This document shows, in pieces, positions 41,097 to 51,311 of a DNA stretch of 64,000 nucleotides; position 1 is the stretch's first letter; every line of letters begins with the position of its first letter. A model generated the notes under the pieces. That model had not been told where the DNA came from. It was given only the letters and a program-made list of their open reading frames with translations, and ran no database searches. The DNA lies in the NCBI GenBank assembly GCA_963790475.1, contig CAWBOS010000012.1, forward strand, positions 1,024,001 through 1,088,000. The letters run 5' to 3'. Origin of the DNA: an uncultured delta proteobacterium (GTDB taxonomy: Bacteria; Desulfobacterota; RBG-13-43-22). The translations under genes and the position numbers were made by a program.

Positions 41097-42866
41097 ATGC
41101 CTCCCGCTGATTTTGGTTATATCGAAGGTGAACAGTTAGGCCGTCCTTACGATTTTGGTCTGCTGAAAAGACTTTTTCCTTATTTGTGGCCCTGGCGAAA
41201 AAAATGGTTTCTGGGACTTTTTCTGTCCGTCGGCCTGACCTTACTCGACCTGATCCCTCCTTACCTGACCAAACAGGCCCTTGATCTGCATATCCTGGCC
41301 GGGGATTGGAAAGGGTTAAGGCCTCTGGCCCTTTTATTGCTTCTGATCCTGATGGGCAATTTCGGCCTCCAATACATCCAGGCCATGGTCCTGGAACGGT
41401 TGGGGCAAAAGGTGATGCACACCCTTCGCCTGAAATTGTTTTCCCATCTCCTTTCTCTGCCCCTTTCCTTTTATCAGCATACCCCGATAGGGAGGATGAC
41501 TACCCGGGTCACCAATGATATTGAAAACCTCAATGAGATGGTCAAATCCCTCTTGGCCACTCTTTTTAAAGATATATTCCTGGCCCTGGGGATATTGGGG
41601 GTCCTTTTATATCTGGATTACCGGTTAGCCCTGGTTACCTTCACCTTGATTCCGGTTATTTTTGTCTGTGCTCGCCTTTTCAGCCGCAAGGCCAGGGATG
41701 CCTTCCGGGATCTGCGACACAGGGTGGCCCAGCTAAATGGTTTCCTCCAGGAAAGCCTTTCCGGCCTGACCCTGATCCAGATTATGGTCCGGGAGAAGAA
41801 AAGGAACGAGGACTTCAGGGAGGTCAACCACCAGGCCTATCAAGCCGGTATGAAACAGGTTCAGGTCTTCGCCCTTTTCATGCCCTTGATGGAATTGATC
41901 TCGGCCATGGCTATTGCCCTCCTGATCTGGTATGGGGGCGGCCAGGTCATCAAGAAGACCTTGACCCTCGGTTCTCTGGTGGCCTTTCTTTCCTATATCC
42001 AAATGTTTTTCAGACCGCTGCGAGAAATGACCGAAAAGTACAGCGTCATGCAGTCGGCCATGGCTTCTCTGGAAAGGATTTTTTCTCTGATGGATGAGCC
42101 GGCCGAGGAGGAACCGGCCGTCCCCGGCAAGATATTTTTCCTTCCTGGAAAGGAGAGATTGAATTTCAACAGGTCAGTTTTGCCTATAATCCCGACAACT
42201 GGGTTATTAAAGACCTCTCTTTCTCATTAAAGGCTGGCGAAGTAACGGCCATCGTGGGAATGACCGGCGGCGGTAAAAGCACCTTAATCAATCTCCTGGA
42301 AGGTTTTTATCTTCCTCAAAAAGGAAAAATCCTGATTGACGGCCAAGACCTCCGGACTTTACCGAAAAATGTCCTTCGTTCCATCATCGGTCTGGTTCCC
42401 CAGGAAACCATCCTTTTTGCCGGGGATCTCAAGGACAATATCCTGCTTCAGGATGCCGGCACATCGGCACCCGATTGGAGACCCTTTACGGAATCCATAC
42501 ATCTGGGGCCGCTTCTTGGATAAGATGGAAAGCCAAAGGGTGGGGGCCATCTCTTCGGGTGAGCAACAATTGGTGGCCTTGGCCCGGGTGATGGTTCGAA
42601 ATCCGGTTATCCTGATTCTGGATGAGGCCACCTCTCAGGTGGATGCCTATACCGAGACCCTGGTCCAGGAGGCCATCCAAAAACTGCTGGCCGGGCGCAC
42701 GTCCTTGATTATCGCCCATCGGCTCTTCACCCTGCGTCAGGCCAGAAGAATTCTGGTCATCCACGAAGGAAAGTTGGTGGAAGACGGGACGCACGAGGAA
42801 CTGATGAAGAAGCAGGGATATTATTTCAGGCTGTATCAGCTGCAATTTAATAAAAACGGGGAGTAA
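41097..42866 (+). CDS. ABC exporter, TMD+NBD subunit B; two frameshifts (about 42123 and 42506)
   Basis: Three consecutive frame pieces give the TMD, then GEIEFQQVSFAY...GMTGGGKST, then SSGEQQL...LDEATS...IAHRL. Both breaks lie in C4/G4 runs. Confidence 0.85.
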
Positions 42867-42994
42867 CGGGAAGCGACCCAAGTGATCCCCAACCACTAAA
42901 GATAAAAACAGGAGACAAGAGTTTTTATGGACAATGACTCGATTACCAGACATAATAGGTTCAAGAATTAACCCATAAATAAGGAGAGATTAAG

Positions 42995-44536
42995 ATGATA
43001 AAAACAGTGGAACAGTATCTGGAGAGTTTGAATGACGGACGGGAAGTCTGGTGCCTGGGAGAAAGGGTAACTGATGTCCGGACCCACCCGACAGTGAGCA
43101 CCATCATCAGAACGGCGTGCATGGACTATGTCCTGCCAAACCATCCGGATTATCGGGACCTCTTTGTGACCCAGGATGCGGACGGAGAAGATATTAATTT
43201 TTTGCTTACCTCTCCCAAAACGCCTGAAGACCTTCTTCGAAGGCGGGAATGCTATACGGTCGGAATCAGATCCGGCGGTGGAGTGATTGTGCATTGCATG
43301 GGCGCCGATGCCCTGGCCGCCTTTTCCGTTGCCGCCCAGGTCATGGACAAAGAGTTGAAGACCGGCTATATGGAGCGCGTCGAGCAGTACCGCAAGCATT
43401 TGCAAAAAAATGATCTGGCTATCACCGGTGCCATTACCGATGTAAAGGGGGACAGAAGCCTTCATCCCTCAAAGCAGAAACAGCACCAGGACTTTTACCT
43501 TAGGATAGTGGATCGGCGGAAGGACGGCATCGTGGTTCGGGGCGCCAAAGTGCATATCAGCGCCTCTCCCTGCGCCAATGAGTTGCTCTGCCTGCCCTGC
43601 CGGACGCACGGCGAAGCGGACAAGGACTATGCCCTGGCCTTTGCCGTACCGGTCAACACGCCCGGGGTCAAGCTTTTGGGAGTTGAGCCGAATGTTCGGA
43701 TCTACGGTGAGGAATGTGAATTCGATTATCCCATGTCGAACCATATGCAGCCATCGGAATCTTTAATCATCTTTGAAGACGTCTTTGTGCCCTGGGAAAG
43801 GGTTTTTATGTGCGGTGAGTGGCAGTACTCCCAAGTCCTGGCTTATGCCTTCGCCAGCTACCATCGCCTCTTCGGCACCTGCAAAATGACGGGAACCCTG
43901 GAAGTCATGACCGGGGCAGCGAGCCTGATCGCCGAATACAACGGTGTCCAGAATGCTCCGCATGTCCGGAAAAAGCTGGCCTGGATGGCCTATATTACCG
44001 AAACAGTGCAAATGTTGGGGAAGCAGGCCTGCCTTGATCCGGTTACCGAATTCGGAATGGATGTGATGATGCCCAACAGGATGGCCATCAATGCCTCGAA
44101 GTTTACTTACGCCAGTAATTTTCACCAGATGTGCCAGCACATGCAGGATATCGGCGGTGGTTTGACCACCACGGTGCCGGCCTACCGGGATTGGAAGAAT
44201 CCCGCTATACAGCCCTACATCGAGAAATATCTGGCGGCAAAAGACGGTGTGTCAACGGAGGACCGGATTCGCATATTGCGGCTCATCAAGGACATAACCG
44301 GGAATCACTATCAGGTCGACACCATCCACGGCGAAGGATCCATGGCCGCGCAGGAGATGTTTCTCTATACCAGTGCTAACTGGAAAAAGATCCAGTCGGC
44401 GGCGAAACGGGCGGCCCGTGTCGACGGGTGGCAGGACGATCCCATTTATGGAAAACTGCCATTGCAGAAGGATTTCGTAAAAATGCCCGCCATTGATGAA
44501 TCCTATGCGAGTATCGCCTTAACGGCCAAGAAATAA
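42995..44536 (+). CDS. 4-hydroxybutyryl-CoA dehydratase / 4-hydroxyphenylacetate 3-hydroxylase family protein
   Basis: ITDVKGDRS, GIVVRGAKVH, FEDVFVPWERVFMCGE, HGEGS. Confidence 0.88.
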   Translation: MIKTVEQYLESLNDGREVWCLGERVTDVRTHPTVSTIIRTACMDYVLPNHPDYRDLFVTQDADGEDINFLLTSPKTPEDLLRRRECYTVGIRSGGGVIVHCMGADALAAFSVAAQVMDKELKTGYMERVEQYRKHLQKNDLAITGAITDVKGDRSLHPSKQKQHQDFYLRIVDRRKDGIVVRGAKVHISASPCANELLCLPCRTHGEADKDYALAFAVPVNTPGVKLLGVEPNVRIYGEECEFDYPMSNHMQPSESLIIFEDVFVPWERVFMCGEWQYSQVLAYAFASYHRLFGTCKMTGTLEVMTGAASLIAEYNGVQNAPHVRKKLAWMAYITETVQMLGKQACLDPVTEFGMDVMMPNRMAINASKFTYASNFHQMCQHMQDIGGGLTTTVPAYRDWKNPAIQPYIEKYLAAKDGVSTEDRIRILRLIKDITGNHYQVDTIHGEGSMAAQEMFLYTSANWKKIQSAAKRAARVDGWQDDPIYGKLPLQKDFVKMPAIDESYASIALTAKK

Positions 44537-44540
44537 CCCT

Positions 44541-44571
44541 GATGCCCAGAGGAACCTTTCCTCTGGGCATC
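44541..44571 (+). terminator. Terminator-like hairpin
   Basis: GATGCCCAGAGGAA-cct-TTCCTCTGGGCATC, a 14 bp perfect stem right after the stop codon. Confidence 0.75.
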
Positions 44572-44789
44572 TTAAATTTAGCCCCCTTGAAAGACCGGGG
44601 AAGGTAACGTCCAAGATGATGGTCCCAACCCGACGCAATGCCCGGGGAAAGTTTCCCCGGGTATCTCCTATTTCCCAGGCTTCTTTCCCAGGGATTGCCT
44701 AATGATAGAGGGGAGGTCTCCCTTAACCACAGGAATTGCCCCGAGCAAAAAAGCCGGGTGTGGTTAAAGGTAAATTGGAGAAAAAAAGC

Positions 44790-45164
44790 TTAGGCGCCGG
44801 TCTGTCCCAAGGAGTTAACCAGAGTCTCCACTTCTTGCCAATTCAGGGACTCTTTAACAAAATACCAATCGGCCCCTTTTTGAAGGGCGGCCTCACGGTA
44901 TTCCGGGATATCATATCCGGTCAAGAGGGCAATGACCATCTTCGGATAGGCCTTTTTTATCTCTTGAGTCAATTGAAGGCCGTTCTTCCCAGGCAGGCGC
45001 ATGTCCATAAAAATCAGATCAGGAGAATCCTCCCGGATCTTCTCCAAAGCCTCCTCCCCGTTAGCGGCCTCATCAATGATCAGCCGGGGGAAATGGGAGG
45101 CCAGATTATTCTGGAAAGCTTCCCGAAAAGTGCGATTGTCTTCAACGAGCAGTACTCTTGACAT
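44790..45164 (-). CDS. Single-domain response regulator (receiver)
   Basis: VLLVEDN, DLIFMDMRLP, TG, VK. Confidence 0.9.
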   Translation of the reverse strand: MSRVLLVEDNRTFREAFQNNLASHFPRLIIDEAANGEEALEKIREDSPDLIFMDMRLPGKNGLQLTQEIKKAYPKMVIALLTGYDIPEYREAALQKGADWYFVKESLNWQEVETLVNSLGQTGA

Positions 45165-45715
45165 GGATTATTCTCCTGAACGGATTTATGAGATATGATT
45201 TCGATTGTTGAGGTTATGCCGTCTTTACTTTTTCAATCTTTAATCCTGAATCATAAATCAGGCCATCATAAATTAAAAACAAAAAAAATCCCCCCCTTCT
45301 CCCTTCTCTGCCAAGACCTCAAGGGGCTTCTGGTAGTGAAGACATCTTCTGGATCGATTATTTGGTTTTTTGGTAACAAATGCAATCTTTTTTTCCGATC
45401 CTCTTTGGAAATCAATTCCTTTGGGAAAATATCCCTCGAAGCTGAAAAAAAATCGATTTATGGTCCGGGAAAAAAGCCGGATGTGCTTAAACGTAAAGTG
45501 GGGATAGAAAATTTTACCTCTTAAAATCTGTCGTTAAGGGAAAAAGTCCGAGCTGAAGTGTTGGGTTTTGTACTTAAACCTGAGCTGAAAAATGGCCGAA
45601 AAAACATGAAGTCATGAATGAAGGGGAGATATGTGAAATTAGACGAATGCCCAATTGAATAAGTTGTATTAACACCAGCGGCCCCTCTTATTAGACCCCT
45701 GACTTATATCTTTTC

Positions 45716-45745
45716 TTGACTAAACAGGCCCCCTTATTTTATAAT
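45716..45745 (+). promoter_or_regulatory. Sigma-70 promoter for the restriction-modification operon
   Basis: TTGACT-N18-TATAAT, 120 nt upstream of the methyltransferase ATG. Confidence 0.6.
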
Positions 45746-45864
45746 CATTCCTGCTTGTAAAATCAGATTCTTATGCCAAACTGATTAACCTGATAGAACC
45801 ATGGTCCTATCGCTATTGGTTTCAGGACGGCGTCCTTTTAACAATCTTTTCAGGATTTCCCATC

Positions 45865-47865
45865 ATGGATTCAACCCAATTGGCTCTCGATTTTTTCAAT
45901 TTTGATACGCCGTTTGCGCGTCTAAGAAAAACAGTGCCAATTGATACGACATTTCCTGAGGAGGAAGCCAATAGACTCGCTACCATAGAGTCCTTTAACA
46001 AACACCTTTTTAGGCCCAATACTTATTTGCACAAATGGTGGGCACGTCGGTCCGGTACCACATTTCGCCATATTTTAAAGCAACTCGTCCCGGATATCTC
46101 AAAAAGGGATTATTACAGCCCCGGCGGTTTGGAGGGGGTTACGATCCTCGACCCCATGATTGGCGGTGGAACCACTTTGCATGAAGCCATCCGCCTGGGT
46201 GCCAATGTAATCGGGTTTGACATTGACCCTATTCCAGTCCTGCAAGCCAGGGCCTCCCTCTCTGGCATCTCAATTTTTGAGAAACAGCAAATCTATCACG
46301 CTTTCGAAAGGGAATTGGCCAAGCGTATAGGCAAGTACTTCAAGACCTCCTGCCCAACCTGTGGCCGCAGTGTAGATCTGCAGTTCACGTTGTACGGTTT
46401 GAGAAAACGGTGCGACTCGGATGAGGTCTTGGTCGTGGATTCCTTGGTCCTCCGGGAGGAGTCTGATGGGAGTCAGAGAACTCTCGACGAGTTCTACCCC
46501 TATAGACAAATCCAGCTAAGGGGAAAAACTTGGAAGATATTAACCAAAGAGGAAGCCCGGGGAAAAGGGATTAACGGAAAAAGCTCAGAGATACTTTCCG
46601 TCCCTTTTACCGAACGCTATGTTCCTCTAATAATCGCCGGGCATTGCCCTGTTCATCAAAACTTTTATAAACCCATCGACAGCCAGGATATTAAGCTTCT
46701 TTTATCCGCCCAATGTTGGGTAACTAAGAATATTCATTTCCCAACCAACGACTTTGAGATACCAAACGGTCCCAAGTCAGATGACCTGAAAAACAGGAAT
46801 GTTCATTATTACTACGAACTCTTTTTCCCCCGTCAGTTGATCTATATTGCCAAGTCTCAGGCTATCCTGGCCACCATCCCCCAGAAGCACGCCCTTTGGA
46901 TGAGCTTATTATTATCTACTTCTTTGGAATTCAATGCCGCTCTCTGTGGTTATAAAGGAGTAGATAAAAGACGGCCTGGGGCCATCCGGCACGTTTTTTC
47001 TCATCATGCCTATTCCTTCCCCTATACGGCACTCGAAAACAATCCCCTGTTCTATCGCAATACATCGGGTACTCTCGGCAATCTTTTTGAGAGCCGGATT
47101 GTCGCCGCTGGGGAATGGGCCAAGGCTCCGATTGAACGGCGCTATATCAACCACCAATGGATAAAGACGACCATTCCAAACGAGATCGACCTGGGCCAGG
47201 AGTCATCTTCTCTTTCCGAATTTTCTGGTCAGAGCAAAATGTTTCTCGTTAGTCAAAACGATTCGACACAAATGCCGTTAGCTTCAAAATCCGTGGATTT
47301 TGTTGTGACCGATCCACCCTATTTTAACAGCGTTCAGTATAGTGATTTGTCCCATTTTTTCCGGTGCTGGCTCAGGACCTTTCTTCCGGACCAATCCAAT
47401 TGGCGTTATGTGAGCCAGTCTTCTGCCGTTGCCGAATCTGAAGAAAATGAAGCAAAGTTTGGCTTCGTCCTTGGACAAATATGGCAGGAATGTAATCGGG
47501 TTTTAAAACGTCCTCATGGCCGGCTTATCTTTACTTATCATCATTGGGACCCGAAGGCCTGGGCGCAACTTACGAACGCCCTGAAAAAGGCCCGCTTCCT
47601 CTTAACCAACGCCTTTGTTGTTCATTCTGAGAATCCAATCTCTGTTCATATCATGAATTTACGCGCCCTGAAACATGACACCATACTTGTCTTGAAACCC
47701 CGGGGGCCTCGAAAAAAGGATCAATGGCAAAAACCTGAGCCGATTGAAGACTTTGATAGCTACTCTTTTTGTAAGGCCTGTGGGAACATGATGGGCTGGA
47801 TTCTCGAACAGGACATGTCTGAACAAGATATTGCCAAAGCCTGGACGGATTTTCTGAAAGGTTAA
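45865..47865 (+). CDS. Amino-DNA methyltransferase (DUF1156-like N-terminus, Zn ribbon)
   Basis: LHKWWARR, motif I DPMIGGGT, CPTC, motif IV TDPPY. Confidence 0.85.
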   Translation: MDSTQLALDFFNFDTPFARLRKTVPIDTTFPEEEANRLATIESFNKHLFRPNTYLHKWWARRSGTTFRHILKQLVPDISKRDYYSPGGLEGVTILDPMIGGGTTLHEAIRLGANVIGFDIDPIPVLQARASLSGISIFEKQQIYHAFERELAKRIGKYFKTSCPTCGRSVDLQFTLYGLRKRCDSDEVLVVDSLVLREESDGSQRTLDEFYPYRQIQLRGKTWKILTKEEARGKGINGKSSEILSVPFTERYVPLIIAGHCPVHQNFYKPIDSQDIKLLLSAQCWVTKNIHFPTNDFEIPNGPKSDDLKNRNVHYYYELFFPRQLIYIAKSQAILATIPQKHALWMSLLLSTSLEFNAALCGYKGVDKRRPGAIRHVFSHHAYSFPYTALENNPLFYRNTSGTLGNLFESRIVAAGEWAKAPIERRYINHQWIKTTIPNEIDLGQESSSLSEFSGQSKMFLVSQNDSTQMPLASKSVDFVVTDPPYFNSVQYSDLSHFFRCWLRTFLPDQSNWRYVSQSSAVAESEENEAKFGFVLGQIWQECNRVLKRPHGRLIFTYHHWDPKAWAQLTNALKKARFLLTNAFVVHSENPISVHIMNLRALKHDTILVLKPRGPRKKDQWQKPEPIEDFDSYSFCKACGNMMGWILEQDMSEQDIAKAWTDFLKG

Positions 47866-47869
47866 ATTA

Positions 47870-48790
47870 ATGGCCAAATACCCTTCTGAGATATTCGGAT
47901 ATTATTGGAAAGATTCCTCTGTAGAGGCAAGATCGGCGAAGAAAAACCATCATTGCCCGTTTCATGATTCTGTGTGCTATAAAAAAAGCAGACTGGTTGA
48001 CTTCCCCTTCGGCGTATGCACCGCTCATACCGATGGCAAAGAAATTGCGCTATGCCCTCGCAGGTTTCTGGAGAAAGGCCTCATCTTTCGGGATATCGCC
48101 AAGGCCCACTTTGGCTCGATTCATAACATCCTGGTTTTTAGTGAGGTGGGTCTTACCGGGATTGGCAACTTCGACTTTGTGATGGTCAAACACAAGCCTC
48201 TGAGCACCGTGGTAGAAGATTTCGCAGTAATCGAACTTCAGACCGGACAAACCACCAGCACCGGCAAGCTTGTCCAGGGGTTTAAAGACTTCATGGACTC
48301 AGGGACCTTGGCCCCTAAGGCTACCTACAATTTCGGCATAAACACTTATGACATCTGGAAGAGGACATTCACCCAGATCCTCAACAAAGGCATAATCCTT
48401 GAGAAATGGAAAAGAAAGATTTTCTGGGTCGTCCAGGAACCGGTTTTTGAATATTTCCGGCATAAATATCGATTGGGATCAATCCAGTACGACGCCAATC
48501 ATTCATCCGTCTTCCTCCTCTACGATCTGAAGCTTACGGGGAATCGTCTGGTCCTTTCCCAAACCAACAAATACTCCTCAACCATAGATGCACTTTTTGA
48601 GGCTTTTAGGAAGAACGATGAAATTCCACCTGTGGAGAAGTTTGTCGAACGATTGCAGACTAAGGTAGATTCCGATCTCAAGCTGGGTCTCCGGTTGGAT
48701 AAAAAAATATCCCCCACTTATTTTGACGCCCCTAAGCCAACATCTTCCGGCAGGGTTAAAGATGATCAGGAAGATTATAGGGATGAATAG
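47870..48790 (+). CDS. NotI-family type II restriction endonuclease
   Basis: EIFG; CPF...C...GVC...LCPRRF Cys4 metal site; GNFDFV...IELQT nuclease core; immediately downstream of the methyltransferase. Confidence 0.8.
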   Translation: MAKYPSEIFGYYWKDSSVEARSAKKNHHCPFHDSVCYKKSRLVDFPFGVCTAHTDGKEIALCPRRFLEKGLIFRDIAKAHFGSIHNILVFSEVGLTGIGNFDFVMVKHKPLSTVVEDFAVIELQTGQTTSTGKLVQGFKDFMDSGTLAPKATYNFGINTYDIWKRTFTQILNKGIILEKWKRKIFWVVQEPVFEYFRHKYRLGSIQYDANHSSVFLLYDLKLTGNRLVLSQTNKYSSTIDALFEAFRKNDEIPPVEKFVERLQTKVDSDLKLGLRLDKKISPTYFDAPKPTSSGRVKDDQEDYRDE

Positions 48791-49252
48791 AGGATAAGAC
48801 CGAACCCGCTGTTCCAAAATAAATGGGCGCCGTTGTCCATCTTTTGTATTCGGCGACCGTGGTGATTGGATTTCATAAGGGGGAGGACGATTGGGTTCGA
48901 CTGGGGAACTTACTTCAAAAGCAAGGAAATGTTAACTTCACAACTTGGGGAGCTCAAAGCTCATTGCTGAAAGCTCATAGGGGGAGTCTGGTCTATTTGG
49001 TCCATTGGTTCGTTTCGTATATATGGTCGATTAGTTTGATAGGTTTAAAAGAAGACCAAACAAAAAGACCAAGAATAATACTAAGTAAATAAAGGGGAAA
49101 AGGGGGGAAGTCAAGGGGAAAATAGGCCTTGCCCCCCTTCACTTTTAGATAAGGGCTTATTTTTCAAGAATAATTAATGTATGTTATTATTTAGTTGACA
49201 TACATATATATTCATGGTAGGCTCTGGCTCAATTGAACTCAGGAGGGTGCCC

Positions 49253-49582
49253 ATGGAAAATAAACTGCCCGAAGAATTCCTTTCCTTTTTTGAGTCCATA
49301 TTGTCAGCCCAACTTCGTGTAGTTCGCCAATTCAAGAATCCAAAATCCGGAAAGACTAAGCTCAACCAGGGGCAAGGTATGTCTAATATCTATATGGCCA
49401 TAGACATACTTCAAAAGGCCAAACAACCTCTTCATATCTCCGAAATCATTAATCAGGTTAAAGCCAAACACGGCGTAACGCTGGATCGTGAATCTTTGGT
49501 CAGCGCTTTGGTTAAAAAAGTCCACCAGAACCAGGGGTTGATACGTACGGCCCCCAACACCTTTCAGGTATCGAGTAAGTGA
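49253..49582 (+). CDS. Winged HTH (HARE-HTH-like) accessory protein inside the IS
   Basis: AIDILQKAKQPLHISEII...LDRESLVSAL...RTAPNTF; AGGAGG RBS; its stop overlaps the transposase GTG start. Confidence 0.75.
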   Translation: MENKLPEEFLSFFESILSAQLRVVRQFKNPKSGKTKLNQGQGMSNIYMAIDILQKAKQPLHISEIINQVKAKHGVTLDRESLVSALVKKVHQNQGLIRTAPNTFQVSSK

Positions 49583-50778
49583 TCCATAAAGCCTCTAATC
49601 GGGAACGTATTGTCCACGATGAGTTGCTCCTGAAACTCTGTACCCTTCTATTGACCTATCAAGGGATTATTCGGATCTCTATTCTTAAAAATATTGCCTT
49701 GGTTACCTATGCGATCTTGACCCTTTTTAGCGGGGCACGAGGTTCTAATGGCTGGCTTTCCAAAGCCGCTTTAGCCCGATGCTTACCCTTAGACCTGGGC
49801 CCCAAAACCCGAGAGCAGCGACTCTACCGATTTTTAGCCAATCCGAGATTTACTCCGGAAGTCATGATCCCCCTGTTGGTGGCCTTGGCCAATGGAACCC
49901 ATCTCCCCGGACCGATCCCTCTCATCCTGGATCAGACCTCTATCCGGGGCATTCCCACCTTGCTGATCGGTTTGGTCTTTGAGGGGCGGGTGATACCCGT
50001 AGCTTTTTCTTGCTTCACTTATTCTCGTATTCAAAAAAGCCAAAACATCTTGGAACACGCCTTGATCTTAGCGGTTATGAGCTGTTTCCCGGCTAAGCAG
50101 CGCCCCTGGCTGATTATGGACCGGGGCTACGCTCGCATTGGTCTCTTAATGAAACTGGGCTTGGAGGGAATCCCTTTCCTGGTTCGAGCCCAAAAAAATG
50201 TCCTGGTTTACCGAAAAGGGGAACCTATCGCCCTCGGGCGGCTCTCGGTCAAACCCGGTCAGATCCAACGCTACTCGATCCGCTATCATTCTAAAGAAAA
50301 GGAACCGCTGGATCTAATCATCTTTTATGGGAAAGGCTATCAAGAACCTTGGTATCTCCTGGTTCCGGCCAATACGCCCGAGTCTGCGGAAGAAATCGTC
50401 GCCCTCTACGCCAAACGCATGTCTATTGAACAAGGCTTCCGGGATTGGAAAACCCACCTGGGTATCCGGGGCATGGTTTTTGTTCATGATAATCCCGCTC
50501 CGCGCCTTACTCGTTTACTCTTGGCCTTCTCTCTCAGTTATTTGCTTTGTCTGGCTTTGGGTAGTACCGCCGACAGCCAACTCGTAAGGGCTTTTGTGGA
50601 AATCCCCAGGCGAACGGCTCGGCATGGCACCACTCGAACACTCTCCGTCCTTTCTATTGGCATCTTAAAACTTTCCTTGCCTAAGTTCGCCTCCCAGGCC
50701 CGCTTACAAGTCTTAGCCGTTATTCAACAGCTTCTTTCTGGCCAAGGGTTGATCGCTGCCATCGTATCTCCCCCTTAA
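49579..50778 (+). CDS. IS4-family DDE transposase
   Basis: ILDQT, IMDRGY, YAKRMSIEQGFRDWK (YREK signature). Confidence 0.9.
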   Translation: MIHKASNRERIVHDELLLKLCTLLLTYQGIIRISILKNIALVTYAILTLFSGARGSNGWLSKAALARCLPLDLGPKTREQRLYRFLANPRFTPEVMIPLLVALANGTHLPGPIPLILDQTSIRGIPTLLIGLVFEGRVIPVAFSCFTYSRIQKSQNILEHALILAVMSCFPAKQRPWLIMDRGYARIGLLMKLGLEGIPFLVRAQKNVLVYRKGEPIALGRLSVKPGQIQRYSIRYHSKEKEPLDLIIFYGKGYQEPWYLLVPANTPESAEEIVALYAKRMSIEQGFRDWKTHLGIRGMVFVHDNPAPRLTRLLLAFSLSYLLCLALGSTADSQLVRAFVEIPRRTARHGTTRTLSVLSIGILKLSLPKFASQARLQVLAVIQQLLSGQGLIAAIVSPP

Positions 50779-51311
50779 ACCTTTCCCCCTATGGTTACCC
50801 CGATTCATCTTCCTAATTTTCTTAAAACCTCAGGGGATAGCTTTTTCTCTCGGTCTGGTATTCTCCCTAATACAGGTTCTCATTCCCCCTCCCTCGTCTT
50901 CCCGTTCTTAATAAATTAACCGACTTCCCTTTAAATCCTCTCCTTTGGGCCTTCCTCCTTTCTTCTCGCTTTCGTCCTTTTCATCTTCCCACCTCTTCTC
51001 TCCCTTCCCCTTATCTAAAAGTGAAGGGGGGCAAGGAAAATAGGCGTGAGGCATGAGGCCAGAGGCGTGAGGGGTAATAAATCAGCTTAGAGTTCAAAAC
51101 TGAAAGCTCAAAGGAGGGGATAAAGGAAAAGGACGTTCTGCGTTCGGTGTTCGGCGATCAAACCAAAGTGAGCCAAAAAGCAGGAGGCAGGGTATACGTT
51201 TGGAGTTGGGGGTTCGGGGTTCGGAGACAAGAACACAGGAGGAAAAGGCGTGAACCACGAGGCAAATGAAGTTCGGAGTTGTGAGTTCGGGCCGATAGAA
51301 CCAAGGAAAGA

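Larger units (their letters stand above)
49128..51035 (+). mobile_element. Complete IS4-family insertion sequence, 1908 bp, two ORFs
   Basis: Perfect 28 bp terminal inverted repeats CTTGCCCCCCTTCACTTTTAGATAAGGG (49128-49155 and 51008-51035); 10 bp direct repeat GAAAATAGGC at 49118-49127 and 51036-51045. Confidence 0.93.

Noticed and set aside
40905-41110. Novel C-terminal tail on ABC subunit A as shown in the ORF track
   Set aside because: It is out-of-frame read-through; the canonical H-loop and C-terminus are in another frame.
45195-45524. 109 aa ORF between the response regulator and the methyltransferase
   Set aside because: AT-rich, low-complexity translation with no RBS; likely intergenic. 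No controller (C) protein HTH motif seen.
48823-49092. 89 aa ORF between the endonuclease and the IS
   Set aside because: Runs through short tandem-repeat tracts and has no recognisable domain.
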